NCBI GenBank assembly: GCA_963778655.1
Contig: CAVZVA010000012.1
Coordinates: 204,118-268,117, forward strand
Reading direction: 5' to 3'
Source of the DNA: an uncultured delta proteobacterium
Lineage (GTDB): Bacteria; Myxococcota_A; Polyangia; Polyangiales; JAFGIB01
DNA length: 64,000 nucleotides
Below the pieces are notes generated by a model that was not told where the DNA came from, made no database searches, and saw nothing but the letters and a program-made list of their open reading frames with translations. A program made the position numbers and the translations under genes. Positions within the stretch are counted from its first letter, which is position 1; each line of letters begins with the position of its first letter. Shown here piece by piece: positions 1 to 8,523 of the stretch.

Positions 1-1666
1 GTCCCACGCTCAGCTTGCCGCCGGCGCGGCCGAGCCGGGTGTCGAACCCCTGGGGCAGGCTGCGGATGAAGTCGTAGATGCCGGCCGTGGTCGCGGCGCG
101 CACCAGTTGCTCGTCGCTGGCGCCCGGATTGCCGAGCCGCAGGTTCTCCGCCACCGTGGTGTCGAACAGCGTCGTCTCCTGGAATACGAACGCGACCTGC
201 GAGCGCAGCGACGCGCACGCGACCGAGGTGATGTCGTGGCCGTCGATCAGCACACGACCCGAATCGGGGCGCAGGTAGCGCGGCACCATGTATGCGATGG
301 TCGTCTTGCCTGCGCCCGCTGGCCCCACCAGCGCGGTGAGCTGGCCGCGTCGGGCCTCGAAAGTCACGTCCGACAACACCGGATGCTCTGGATCGTAGGC
401 GAAGCTGACGTGCTCGAGCGCGACCGAGTCGCGCGCCCGCGGCAGGGCGACCGCGTGCGGCGGGTCCTGCTCTGAGGGCAGATCCATCAGCCAGAAGACG
501 CGGTGCAAGCCCGCCGCGTTCTCCTGCACGTTGAACCAGAGCGCGCCCATGTCGTAGGACGAATAGGCGATCGAGCCGAAGTAGGGCAGCAGCACGCTGA
601 AGTCACCGACGCTGAGCCTGCCGTCGACGATCTCGTCCCCCACGTAGAGAAACACGCGGCCGACCAGCACCGCCCCGAGCACGATTCCCACGCCGATCGT
701 CAGCAGCACGAACGCCATGTAGCGGCGATAAGCCTTGAACGAGGCCGCGCTGTCGCGGTCGAAGCGCCCGTGCTCGCGGCGCTCGCCGCCCAGGCTCTGA
801 ACCGCGGTGATGTTGCTCATGCCCTCTTCCAGCGTGCTGGCCGCGACCGAGCCCGCGCTGCGGCTGTGGCTGGCGCTGCGCCGCACCAGCCCCGCGAACG
901 GCCAGGTGATCAGCAGCACCATCGGCAGGAAGAGCGTGGCGAGCAGCGCCACCGGCGACGTGATCCCGTAGACGGAGGCCAGCACGGCTACCGTCAGCAG
1001 CACGTTGAGCGGCGAGGTGATCGGTGTCAGCAGCACGCGCAGGCACACCAGCGTGATCGCCGGCGTGTCGTACATCACGCGGTAGACGGCGTCACCGATG
1101 CGCTCGTCGTCGAAGGTCGTCATTGGCAGCGACTGCACGCGCTCGTAGAGCCGCGAGCGGTAGTGGTGGTTGATCATCTGGCTCAGGCGCATGGTCCAGC
1201 GAAACTCGAACAACCCGAGCAGGCCGCCGACGTAGCTGAAGCCGAAGTTGGCCTGGTTCTCGGTCTGCGTGGCCGTGTCCTGGCCGGCGCCGAGCTCGGC
1301 CTGGGTCAGCGCACGCTCGAAGCCGCTGGTGCCGAACGCGCCGATCACCAGCAGCAGCACCAGCTCGACCACGATCGACGCGATCAAGATCACGATCTTG
1401 TCGGAGTGCGCCAGGGCGTGCACGAACGGCGCGACGAAGAACGGGTAGGGCCGTGCCTCCTGGCCGATCGCCACGTCGCCGAGCACGTGGTCGGTCACGA
1501 TCTTGATCGGCCATGGCAACAGCAGTTGCGGCAGCAGGCTGGCGGTCAGCAGGCCGGCCTTGATCGCGAAGTCGCGCTTGAATGGCGCGACGTAGCCGAG
1601 CGCCCGGATGACCACCGAAAACGCGGAGGCGGTCCCCGGCGCCACGTTCTCGGCCCGGGCGTTCAT
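1..1666 (-). CDS. ABC exporter, TMD+NBD half-transporter (3' end runs off the window)
   Basis: Missing from the ORF track. ATG at 1666 overlaps the stop of the upstream ABC gene (ATGA). Translation starts MNARAENVAPG, has several TM segments, Walker A VGPAGAGKTT and signature GKLSVG at the window edge. Confidence 0.9.
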   Translation of the reverse strand, partial: MNARAENVAPGTASAFSVVIRALGYVAPFKRDFAIKAGLLTASLLPQLLLPWPIKIVTDHVLGDVAIGQEARPYPFFVAPFVHALAHSDKIVILIASIVVELVLLLVIGAFGTSGFERALTQAELGAGQDTATQTENQANFGFSYVGGLLGLFEFRWTMRLSQMINHHYRSRLYERVQSLPMTTFDDERIGDAVYRVMYDTPAITLVCLRVLLTPITSPLNVLLTVAVLASVYGITSPVALLATLFLPMVLLITWPFAGLVRRSASHSRSAGSVAASTLEEGMSNITAVQSLGGERREHGRFDRDSAASFKAYRRYMAFVLLTIGVGIVLGAVLVGRVFLYVGDEIVDGRLSVGDFSVLLPYFGSIAYSSYDMGALWFNVQENAAGLHRVFWLMDLPSEQDPPHAVALPRARDSVALEHVSFAYDPEHPVLSDVTFEARRGQLTALVGPAGAGKTTIAYMVPRYLRPDSGRVLIDGHDITSVACASLRSQVAFVFQETTLFDTTVAENLRLGNPGASDEQLVRAATTAGIYDFIRSLPQGFDTRLGRAGGKLSVG

Positions 1667-3618
1667 GGGGCCACCGCCCGGGCCTGCACGCCCGCCGCGG
1701 CCTCTTCGCCCTCGACCAGGCGCCGGTAGGAGCCGCCCGCGCGTGCCATCAACGCCTCGTGGGTGCCGTGCTCGAGCAGGCGGCCGTCTTGCAGGAAGGC
1801 CACCTGATCGGCCCTGCGGATGGTCGAAAGCCGGTGCGTGATCAGAAACAGCGCACGGCCCTTGCCCCACTGCGCGAGGTTGTCGAGCACGCGCAGCTCG
1901 GTGCGCGCGTCGAGCGACGCGGTCGGCTCGTCGAGGATCAAGATCGGGGTGTCCTTGAGCACGGCGCGCGCGATCGACAGCCGCTGGCGCTGGCCGCTCG
2001 AGAGCTTCTGACCGCGCTCGCCGAGCAGTGTGTCGTAGCCATCGGGCAGCTTTTCGATGAACTCGTCCGCGCCCGCCACGCGCGCCGCTTCGCGCACCTG
2101 CTCATCGCTGGCGTCCGGCACCGCGTAGCGGATGTTGTCGCGAATCGTGGTGCCGAACAGCAGGTTCTCCTGCAGGGCGATCGCGATGTTGGCGCGCAAG
2201 CTGTTGAGCTTGAGCTGGCGCAGGTCGACGTCGTCGATGCGGATCGCGCCCGCGGCGGGGTCGTACAGGCGCAGCAGCAGCGCCATCAAAGTGCTCTTGC
2301 CGGAACCGGTCGGGCCCACGATCGCCGTGATCGTGCCGGGCTCGGCGCGCAGGCTCACGTCCTGCAGCGTCGGCCGCGAGTCGTCGTAGGCGAAGCCGAC
2401 GTGGTCGAATTCGATCGCTTGCGCGAAGCGCTGCATCTCGACCGCATCCGCGGCATCCTTGACCTCGGGCTCGAGGTCGAGCAGCTCGAACACCCGGTCG
2501 AGCCCGATCGCGATGTCCTGCACGCGGCCCCACAGCTCGAACAGCGAGACTGAGGCCAGCATGCCGTCGCCGATCCGGCCCTTGAAAGCGTTCCACAGCC
2601 CGAGGTTCCACACGCTGAAGCCCAGGAACATCAGGATGCCCTTGGCGTACGGGGTCTTGCCGTGCAGCGTCAACACGGCGGCGAAGCCGGTGGCGACAAT
2701 CACCAGCGTGCCGAACGACCAGAAGGCGAGCTGGCGATAGAACACGTAGCGATCGCGCGCGGCATAGGCGTGCGCGAAAGCCGTCTGGGACGCGGCCTCG
2801 AAACGCTTCTGCTCGGCGGGCTCGGCGCCATAGGCTTTGATCACCCGGATCCCCTGCAGGCTGGCCTGGATCAGCGAGGTCAGCGCGCTGTTGTGCTCGC
2901 GCGCCGAGCGGAAACCGACGCGCATGGGGCGCGAGAAGCGGTAGCCGATGAAGAGCATGATCGGCCAGCCCAGCGCGAGCGCACCGGCCAGGCGCGGGTC
3001 GTCCATGAACACCAGCGCGAGCGAGAGCACGAAGCGGCCGCCGGCCTGCAAGGGCATCAACACCAGCACGTCGATCAGCTGGGTGACCATCGCGCTGTCC
3101 TGGTGCATGCGGTAGATGGCGTCGCCAACCGAGCTGCCGGCGTGGTAGCGCAGCGAGAGCGCCTGCAGCCGGTCGAGCAGCCGTAGCCGCAGCGACTGGT
3201 TGATGCGCTGCAGGATCCACATCCGGTAGTAGTAGAGGCTGAGGAAGCCGGCCGCGCCGATCAGCGCGATCACGACGGTGGTGCCCACCAGGGCGCGCAG
3301 CGCTGCCTTGCGCGCCGCGGCGTTCCAGGGATCGACCAGGTGCAGGTGGAACAGCGCGACGTCGGCCGAGCCCGGCGCCGTGCCCTTGAGCACGCCGTTC
3401 CAGAACATGCCCAGGATGTGAAAGGTCGGATAGATCAACGCGATCGCCAGGACCGCGGCGGCGACCACGATCGCGACCAGGTGCCAGGCCTCGTCGCGCA
3501 GCAGCGAGGTGCAGCGCAGCAGCACCTGAACCACCAGCTTGAAGTGCAGCCGATCCCCGGTCCCACCTGCACCCAGGCGCTTGAGCTGGTCCTGGGCGGT
3601 TTCCGCCGACTGCGTCAT
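1663..3618 (-). CDS. ABC exporter, TMD+NBD half-transporter (MsbA/TM287-like)
   Basis: N-terminal TM domain, Walker A GPTGSGKST, signature LSSGQRQR, Walker B ILILDE, H-loop ITHR. Confidence 0.95.
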   Translation of the reverse strand: MTQSAETAQDQLKRLGAGGTGDRLHFKLVVQVLLRCTSLLRDEAWHLVAIVVAAAVLAIALIYPTFHILGMFWNGVLKGTAPGSADVALFHLHLVDPWNAAARKAALRALVGTTVVIALIGAAGFLSLYYYRMWILQRINQSLRLRLLDRLQALSLRYHAGSSVGDAIYRMHQDSAMVTQLIDVLVLMPLQAGGRFVLSLALVFMDDPRLAGALALGWPIMLFIGYRFSRPMRVGFRSAREHNSALTSLIQASLQGIRVIKAYGAEPAEQKRFEAASQTAFAHAYAARDRYVFYRQLAFWSFGTLVIVATGFAAVLTLHGKTPYAKGILMFLGFSVWNLGLWNAFKGRIGDGMLASVSLFELWGRVQDIAIGLDRVFELLDLEPEVKDAADAVEMQRFAQAIEFDHVGFAYDDSRPTLQDVSLRAEPGTITAIVGPTGSGKSTLMALLLRLYDPAAGAIRIDDVDLRQLKLNSLRANIAIALQENLLFGTTIRDNIRYAVPDASDEQVREAARVAGADEFIEKLPDGYDTLLGERGQKLSSGQRQRLSIARAVLKDTPILILDEPTASLDARTELRVLDNLAQWGKGRALFLITHRLSTIRRADQVAFLQDGRLLEHGTHEALMARAGGSYRRLVEGEEAAAGVQARAVAP

Positions 3619-3755
3619 GCTGGCCTTCCCATATAGTCAAGACCCGGGGTCAGCGGAAGAGCGAACACGCGTGCAGGTTTGAAGAATATGAAAAAAGCGT
3701 AGCGGCGGCCCGTGAATCGAGCAGCCAGCGCCCGCGAGCCGGTGAACGGGCGTGC

Positions 3756-5081
3756 TCAGTGGCGGGAACGCCTCGGCGCTTCGGCACGCGCCAGCGAGCG
3801 CAGCGGGAAGTGCACTACCACGTCGAGCGGCGCTTGCGGCGCCCAATCGCTCGAGCCTTTGTCGTCACGCCGGTCCTCGCCGACCGACCAGATGGTCAGC
3901 TCGCCGCCGTCTTGGGCGATGCGCCACTTCAGCGGCTGACCGTTGTAGGGGTCGCACAGCGTCGGCTCGTTCAAGCTCAAGGGCTCGCGCGGCGTGCGTT
4001 GTCTGCGCGCTCGCTCGGCCAGCGTGGCCAGGCCTACGGTCAGCACCCGCAGCAGCGCCTGGCCGCGCATGTCGTCGTAGAGCCAGCCCTGCACCGGTGC
4101 GGTCGCGTCGGCGACCAGCGGCAGGCCCGAGAGGTTGCGCCACTCGTTTTCGCGCAGCCACGTCTCGAGCGACTGCGGGTAGTGCGCCGCGCCCAGCGCG
4201 CGCCACCTGGCCGGATTGGCGAAGTGCGACCAGGCCTCGAACAGAGCCGGGCGCCGGCGCAGCCGCCGCAGCGCCGAATCGCTGCTGTCCTTGGGAAACA
4301 GCACGGCCAGGTCGCGCAGCTCCACCGCCGCCAGCAGGTCGGCGAGCTCGATCCCGCCGCCGGCGGATGGCGCGTGCGTGGCCAGCGTGTCGAGCTCACG
4401 CGCCGCGCGCAGCACCGCGTCGGCGTCGCCCGCAGCCGCGCAGCGCGTGATCACGGGCGTGGCCACGCTGGTGATGCGCATCGAGATGCTGGCGGCCTCC
4501 AGCGGCGCGCCCGGCACCAGGTCCTGCCCAAGTCGGATCGCGTCCGCCGCGATAGCCATGCACTCCTGCGGCCCCGAGCCCGCCGCGCGCCCCAGCATCA
4601 GCAGGACTGCATCCATCACTTTCGGATAGGCCGGCACGCGCGCCGCGGGGCCCTGCTCGGCCGGCACCTCAGTCATCGCCCAGCTCAGTCGCGTCGCGGC
4701 CCGGAGCCCGTCGATCAGCACGGCGTGCTGCTGCACCAGCGTTTGCAGCTGCGCTGGCAGCGGCTGGCCGTAGAACAGCTGGCTGGCGAGCGCGTCGCGC
4801 TGTTTCCCGTCCAGGCCGTCGAATCCCCGCAACGCCACCAGCGCGGCGACCGCGGCGTTGCCCTCGCCGGCAGCCCCGCGCAGCACCGGGCGCTCCCAGC
4901 GCTGCCGCTTGTAGGTCGCGATCTGCGCGTCGAGCGCCTCGCTCATACGGCGGAAACGCAGCTCGGAGTAGCCGGCGAATCCGCCCACGATCAGCAGCAG
5001 GAGCAGGGTCAGGGTCGCGAGCTTGCTTGCGATGGGGATCTTCCTCCGCCGGCGGGGGCGGCGTGCGGCCGCCCGAAGCAA
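3756..5081 (-). CDS. membrane-anchored hypothetical protein with a GspG-like C-terminal motif
   Basis: Likely TTG start at 5081 after GGGAG. Basic N-terminus plus one TM helix, helical body, C-terminal DPYNG...WSVGED..DD.G motif. The first half of the 873-aa track ORF is largely the antisense shadow of the next gene. Confidence 0.7.
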   Translation of the reverse strand: MLRAAARRPRRRRKIPIASKLATLTLLLLLIVGGFAGYSELRFRRMSEALDAQIATYKRQRWERPVLRGAAGEGNAAVAALVALRGFDGLDGKQRDALASQLFYGQPLPAQLQTLVQQHAVLIDGLRAATRLSWAMTEVPAEQGPAARVPAYPKVMDAVLLMLGRAAGSGPQECMAIAADAIRLGQDLVPGAPLEAASISMRITSVATPVITRCAAAGDADAVLRAARELDTLATHAPSAGGGIELADLLAAVELRDLAVLFPKDSSDSALRRLRRRPALFEAWSHFANPARWRALGAAHYPQSLETWLRENEWRNLSGLPLVADATAPVQGWLYDDMRGQALLRVLTVGLATLAERARRQRTPREPLSLNEPTLCDPYNGQPLKWRIAQDGGELTIWSVGEDRRDDKGSSDWAPQAPLDVVVHFPLRSLARAEAPRRSRH

Positions 5082-5339
5082 TGATCTCCCAAAGCGGCCC
5101 CCGGGGGCAAATCCGCCTTCGGGGCGCGGCGCTGCGCCAGCAGCCCGAGCGCGCTCGGCGAAGCTCGCGCAGCGCGACGCCCGCGCCCCGCGGCGCGGCC
5201 GGCGCAGCCGCCGCCGGGGGGATGCACGGGGCTGCGAAACGTTGTATGGAGAGCGCCGCCGCGGCGGGCCGCGGGCCCCGAGCGCGCGGCTCCTCCGGGC
5301 GTGGCCGCGGCAACGCCAACAAGCCCTGAGGGACCGATC

Positions 5340-6503
5340 ATGAGCAAGACACGCGCGTATGCGATCACAGCGGACGCGGTGGCGCGCGAAGCCGAGCGCG
5401 CCGGGGGCGACTACGACAAGGTCGACGTCGCCAAGATCATCAAGCTCGACGAGCTCGAGCTGCGGGCGCTCGGCCCCCGCGACGTCAAGCTGAAGATCCT
5501 GGCGGCGTCGGCCGAGCACAACGTGGGCCACGCCGCGCTCGCCGACACCGTGAACATCACCGCCGCGCGCGGCGGCAAGATCTACCCCGGCAACAGCGCG
5601 GTGGGCGAGGTGATGGAGGTCGGCCCCGAGGTCACGCGCTTCAAGCAGGGCGACATCGTGCTCACCCACTGCAACGGCGAGCCTGACGCCTACGGCTACC
5701 CGCTGCGCATCTGGGGCTACGACATGCCGGACTCGATCGGCTGGTACTCGGAGGCCGCGGTGGTGGGCGACTGGCAGCTGGTGCAGGCTCCGCTCGACTG
5801 CGGCCTGAGCCTGTGGGAAATCGCGGCGCTGCCGCTGCGCGCGCCCACCGCCTATCACCTGTGGCGGCGCGCGATCGGCATCTTCCGGGTCAAGGTGCCG
5901 CGCGAGCAACGCGCGGTGGTCAACGCGATGAGCTTCGGCGGTGGCGTGGGCGAGCTGTTCCTGATGCTGGCCAAGGCCGAAGGCCACAACGCGTACTTCT
6001 GCTCGGGCAGCCCCGAGCGTCGTGCGGCGCTCGAGAAGCTGGGCATCACCGGCATCGACCAGAAGGCGTTCAATCGCTTCAAGGGCAAGGACGACATCAA
6101 GGCGTTCAACAAGGAGTGCAAGCGCCTGACCAACGACGAGGGCATGCACCTGGTGTGCGACATGCTGCGCGGGCCCGTGTTCGACGCTGGACTGGCGGTG
6201 GCCGCGCGCTGCGGGGTCAACCTGAGCGCGGGCTGGCAGCTCTCTCAGGTGGTCACCTACAACTCGACGCTGATGTCGGTGAAGCAGGTGACGATCGATC
6301 ACACCCATTACGAGACGATCACCGGCGTCGCCGCGGCCACGGAGCTGTACGGCAAGGTCTTCAAACCCACCGTGCACAAGGAGGTCTACGCGTTCGAAGA
6401 CCTGCCGCGCTGCATGGCGGAGATGGTCAAGAACGTGCAGACCGGCATCCCGATCATCCGCATTGCCCGCGAGCTCCCGGCCAAGGTCGCTGGGATCGTC
6501 TGA
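5340..6503 (+). CDS. medium-chain dehydrogenase/reductase, crotonyl-CoA carboxylase/reductase-like (divergent)
   Basis: ATG 5340 after GAGGG. GroES-like AVGEVMEVGPEVTRFKQGDIVLTHCN, RIWGYDMPD, LSLWEIAALPLRAPTAY and Rossmann SFGGGVG. Confidence 0.8.
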   Translation: MSKTRAYAITADAVAREAERAGGDYDKVDVAKIIKLDELELRALGPRDVKLKILAASAEHNVGHAALADTVNITAARGGKIYPGNSAVGEVMEVGPEVTRFKQGDIVLTHCNGEPDAYGYPLRIWGYDMPDSIGWYSEAAVVGDWQLVQAPLDCGLSLWEIAALPLRAPTAYHLWRRAIGIFRVKVPREQRAVVNAMSFGGGVGELFLMLAKAEGHNAYFCSGSPERRAALEKLGITGIDQKAFNRFKGKDDIKAFNKECKRLTNDEGMHLVCDMLRGPVFDAGLAVAARCGVNLSAGWQLSQVVTYNSTLMSVKQVTIDHTHYETITGVAAATELYGKVFKPTVHKEVYAFEDLPRCMAEMVKNVQTGIPIIRIARELPAKVAGIV

Positions 6504-6510
6504 GAATACG

Positions 6511-6570
6511 AACAGGAAGACGAGAGGACGGGAAGCTCGGAGAGCTCGTCTCCTCCCGCCTCGCTGTGAA
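6511..6570. repeat. family C palindromic repeat (GGAAG(G/A)CGGGAAG...CTTCCCGCCTTCC-like)
   Basis: AACAGGAAGACGAGAGGACGGGAAG ... CTCCTCCCGCCTCGCTGTGAA; related copies at 16325, 25532, 26294, 31335 and 35533. Confidence 0.6.
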
Positions 6571-6602
6571 ATCTCTGGATCCGAGCGCTCCGGCCTGGCC
6601 GG

Positions 6603-6794
6603 CTAAATGACCGATCACGATTCGGGAACGGCCATGCCGATCGGTCATGTAGCGGTGCGGCGGATGCCGCACCACCGCGAGAGGGTGAATGCGCGAGGCT
6701 TTGCCTCGCGCACAGGGAGTCGGCGCGACTCCCTGACAATCAAACGAGAAATCAAGGTTTGTGATTCGCGCCCGAATCGCGAACGCTGATTTAG
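6603..6794. mobile_element. MITE family A, copy 1 (192 bp including CTA/TAG ends)
   Basis: About 93% identical (13 mismatches counted by eye) to 28418-28609. Imperfect ~21-bp TIR (AATGACCGATCACGATTCGGG vs AATCAGCGTTCGCGATTCGGG), TA on both flanks, five internal hairpins. Confidence 0.85.
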
Positions 6795-6820
6795 AGCACC
6801 TCAGCCTGATCGGTGCTCTA
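6792..6820. repeat. minimal MITE-B-like end remnant (TAGAGCACC-N11-GGTGCTCTA)
   Basis: Same termini as the MITE at 11951 and 31424. Its CTA is the rlmN stop codon. Confidence 0.65.
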
Positions 6821-7903
6821 GTCTTGCGCAGCGCGGCTGCGGCGGCGGAGCTGGACGTTGCCGAGCTGGCCGCATGCGGCCATCACGCTGCGGCCCTTGG
6901 TCACGCGCCTGCGCACCGGCAGCCCCTCCTCGCGCAGCCAGCCGATGAAGCGGTCGACCTCGTCGTCGCTCGGCGCGCGCGTCAGCGGTGCGCTGCCGGG
7001 ATTGTAGGGGATCACGTGCACCATCACGCGCCCCAGCGGCGCGCAGAAGCGCGCGATGCCCGCAGCGTGCTCGCGCGCGTCGTTGAGGCCCGGCAGCAGA
7101 CAGTAGTGGACGCCGAGCGCGAAGTTGCGGCGCGGCCGGTACCGCAGCAGCGCGGCCTGCAGCGCGGCCAGGGAGGTCTTGCGCGCGACCGGCATCAGCT
7201 CGGCGCGCAGCCCATCCTCGGGAGCGTTGAGACTGACGCTGAGATTGAGGCGCTTGAAGCCCTGCGCCGCCAGGCGTGCGATGGCATCGGCGCGTCCGAC
7301 CGTGCACACGGTGATGCGCTCCTGTCCGATCGCCAGGCCCGCCGGATCGGTCAGCACCCGCAGGGCTTGCACCACCGCATCGAAATTGTCGAGCGCCTCG
7401 CCCATGCCCATGAACACCAGATTCCGCACCGGCCAGCCGAGCACGTGCCGCGCGAGCAGTAGCTGGCTGACGATCTCCGCGGCCGTCAGGTTGCGCAGCA
7501 GCCCCATGCGGCCGGTCTCGCAGAAGCCGCAGCCCATTTTGCAGCCGACCTGGCTCGAGATGCAGAGCGTGGTGCGGTCGCGCCCCATCGGCAGCAGCAC
7601 GCATTCGCACTCGAGCCCGTCGCGCAGGCGCAGCACGGCTTTGGCGGTCAGGCCGGCCGAGGTCGGCTCCCGTGCGACCCGCAGCAGCTCCGGCAGGGTG
7701 AGGCAAAAGCAGCGCCGCCAGGCTGCGGCACGCTCCGCGGCCAGGCCGTGTCGCTCGGGGTCGAAGCGTGCATGCCGCAGCGCCTCGCGATAGATCGCGG
7801 CTGCCACGCCGTGCCCACGCGGCAAGCGCGCGCGCGCGAGCGTGCCGAGCTCGGCCCCGGTCACCCCGGCCAGGTCCACCGGCAGCTCATCGGGCGCGCT
7901 CAT
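6818..7903 (-). CDS. rlmN: RlmN/Cfr-family radical SAM RNA methyltransferase
   Basis: CISSQVGCKMGCGFC (CxxxCxxC), FMGMGE and C-terminal AACGQL. Confidence 0.9.
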   Translation of the reverse strand: MSAPDELPVDLAGVTGAELGTLARARLPRGHGVAAAIYREALRHARFDPERHGLAAERAAAWRRCFCLTLPELLRVAREPTSAGLTAKAVLRLRDGLECECVLLPMGRDRTTLCISSQVGCKMGCGFCETGRMGLLRNLTAAEIVSQLLLARHVLGWPVRNLVFMGMGEALDNFDAVVQALRVLTDPAGLAIGQERITVCTVGRADAIARLAAQGFKRLNLSVSLNAPEDGLRAELMPVARKTSLAALQAALLRYRPRRNFALGVHYCLLPGLNDAREHAAGIARFCAPLGRVMVHVIPYNPGSAPLTRAPSDDEVDRFIGWLREEGLPVRRRVTKGRSVMAACGQLGNVQLRRRSRAAQD

Positions 7904-7910
7904 GGCCGGT

Positions 7911-7941
7911 TAGTCCCCTGGAACCTGTTTCCAGGGGACTA
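7911..7941. repeat. perfect 13-bp hairpin immediately upstream of rlmN
   Basis: TAGTCCCCTGGAA-cctgt-TTCCAGGGGACTA, ending 7 nt before the rlmN ATG and covering the only purine-rich SD-like tract. Confidence 0.7.
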
Positions 7942-8008
7942 GCCTGACCGAGCATCGAGGCCCGCGCCAGAGCACGAGGGGCCGTCGCTGGTTTTGGCCG
8001 CCGTCACG

Positions 8009-8359
8009 CTACCCGCCCTTGCGCTCGCCGCCCTCGTCCGGCTCCTGCTGCGCCAGGTGCTTGACGAACTTCTCGTACGCGTCCTCGCCCTTGTCGAAGC
8101 CGACGATGCGCAGGCCGAGCCCGGTCTGCTCGCCTGCCTTGGCCTCGCCGCACCACATCACTTCCATCTTCAGCTCGATCGAGCCCTCGTCACCCTCGAA
8201 TGCGACCTTGAGCTGCTCGCCGATCTCGTGCTGGCCCTCGGCGACGATGAACATCCCGCTCTTGCTCATGTTGCGGGCTTCAGCCATGGCGCCCTGGCCC
8301 TCGCACCAGAGCCTTTGGTTGCTCTCGAATCGCGGATCGCGCCGTTTGTCGCTGCTCAT
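8009..8359 (-). CDS. single-domain PilZ protein
   Basis: RRDPR (RxxxR) and NMSKSG ((D/N)xSxxG) motifs, plus GLGLRI. Confidence 0.9.
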   Translation of the reverse strand: MSSDKRRDPRFESNQRLWCEGQGAMAEARNMSKSGMFIVAEGQHEIGEQLKVAFEGDEGSIELKMEVMWCGEAKAGEQTGLGLRIVGFDKGEDAYEKFVKHLAQQEPDEGGERKGG

Positions 8360-8523
8360 GGTGTCCGTTTGCGGTGAGTGTGGGTGTAGGCGTGTAGTGT
8401 AGGCTCAACTTGCAGGGCCACCCCAAAATTCTAGCACAGCCCCGTGCATCGGCGACCGATTCGCGCGCGCCGGGTGAAAGTGACACCCTGGCAGCGATTG
8501 CGTAAGCTGGACCCCCAGACGGA

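Noticed and set aside
5082..6377. N-terminal half of the 873-aa minus-strand ORF
   Set aside because: Mostly the antisense shadow of the MDR gene; the real protein starts near 5081.
6607..6789. 60-aa ORF present in both MITE-A copies (also 28422-28604) as a peptide or transposase
   Set aside because: No SD and no recognisable motif; openness is expected by chance in short, near-identical GC-rich copies.
6818..7903. Cfr antibiotic-resistance methyltransferase
   Set aside because: The visible motifs are shared by RlmN and Cfr and nothing specifically indicates Cfr; a phylogeny would be needed.
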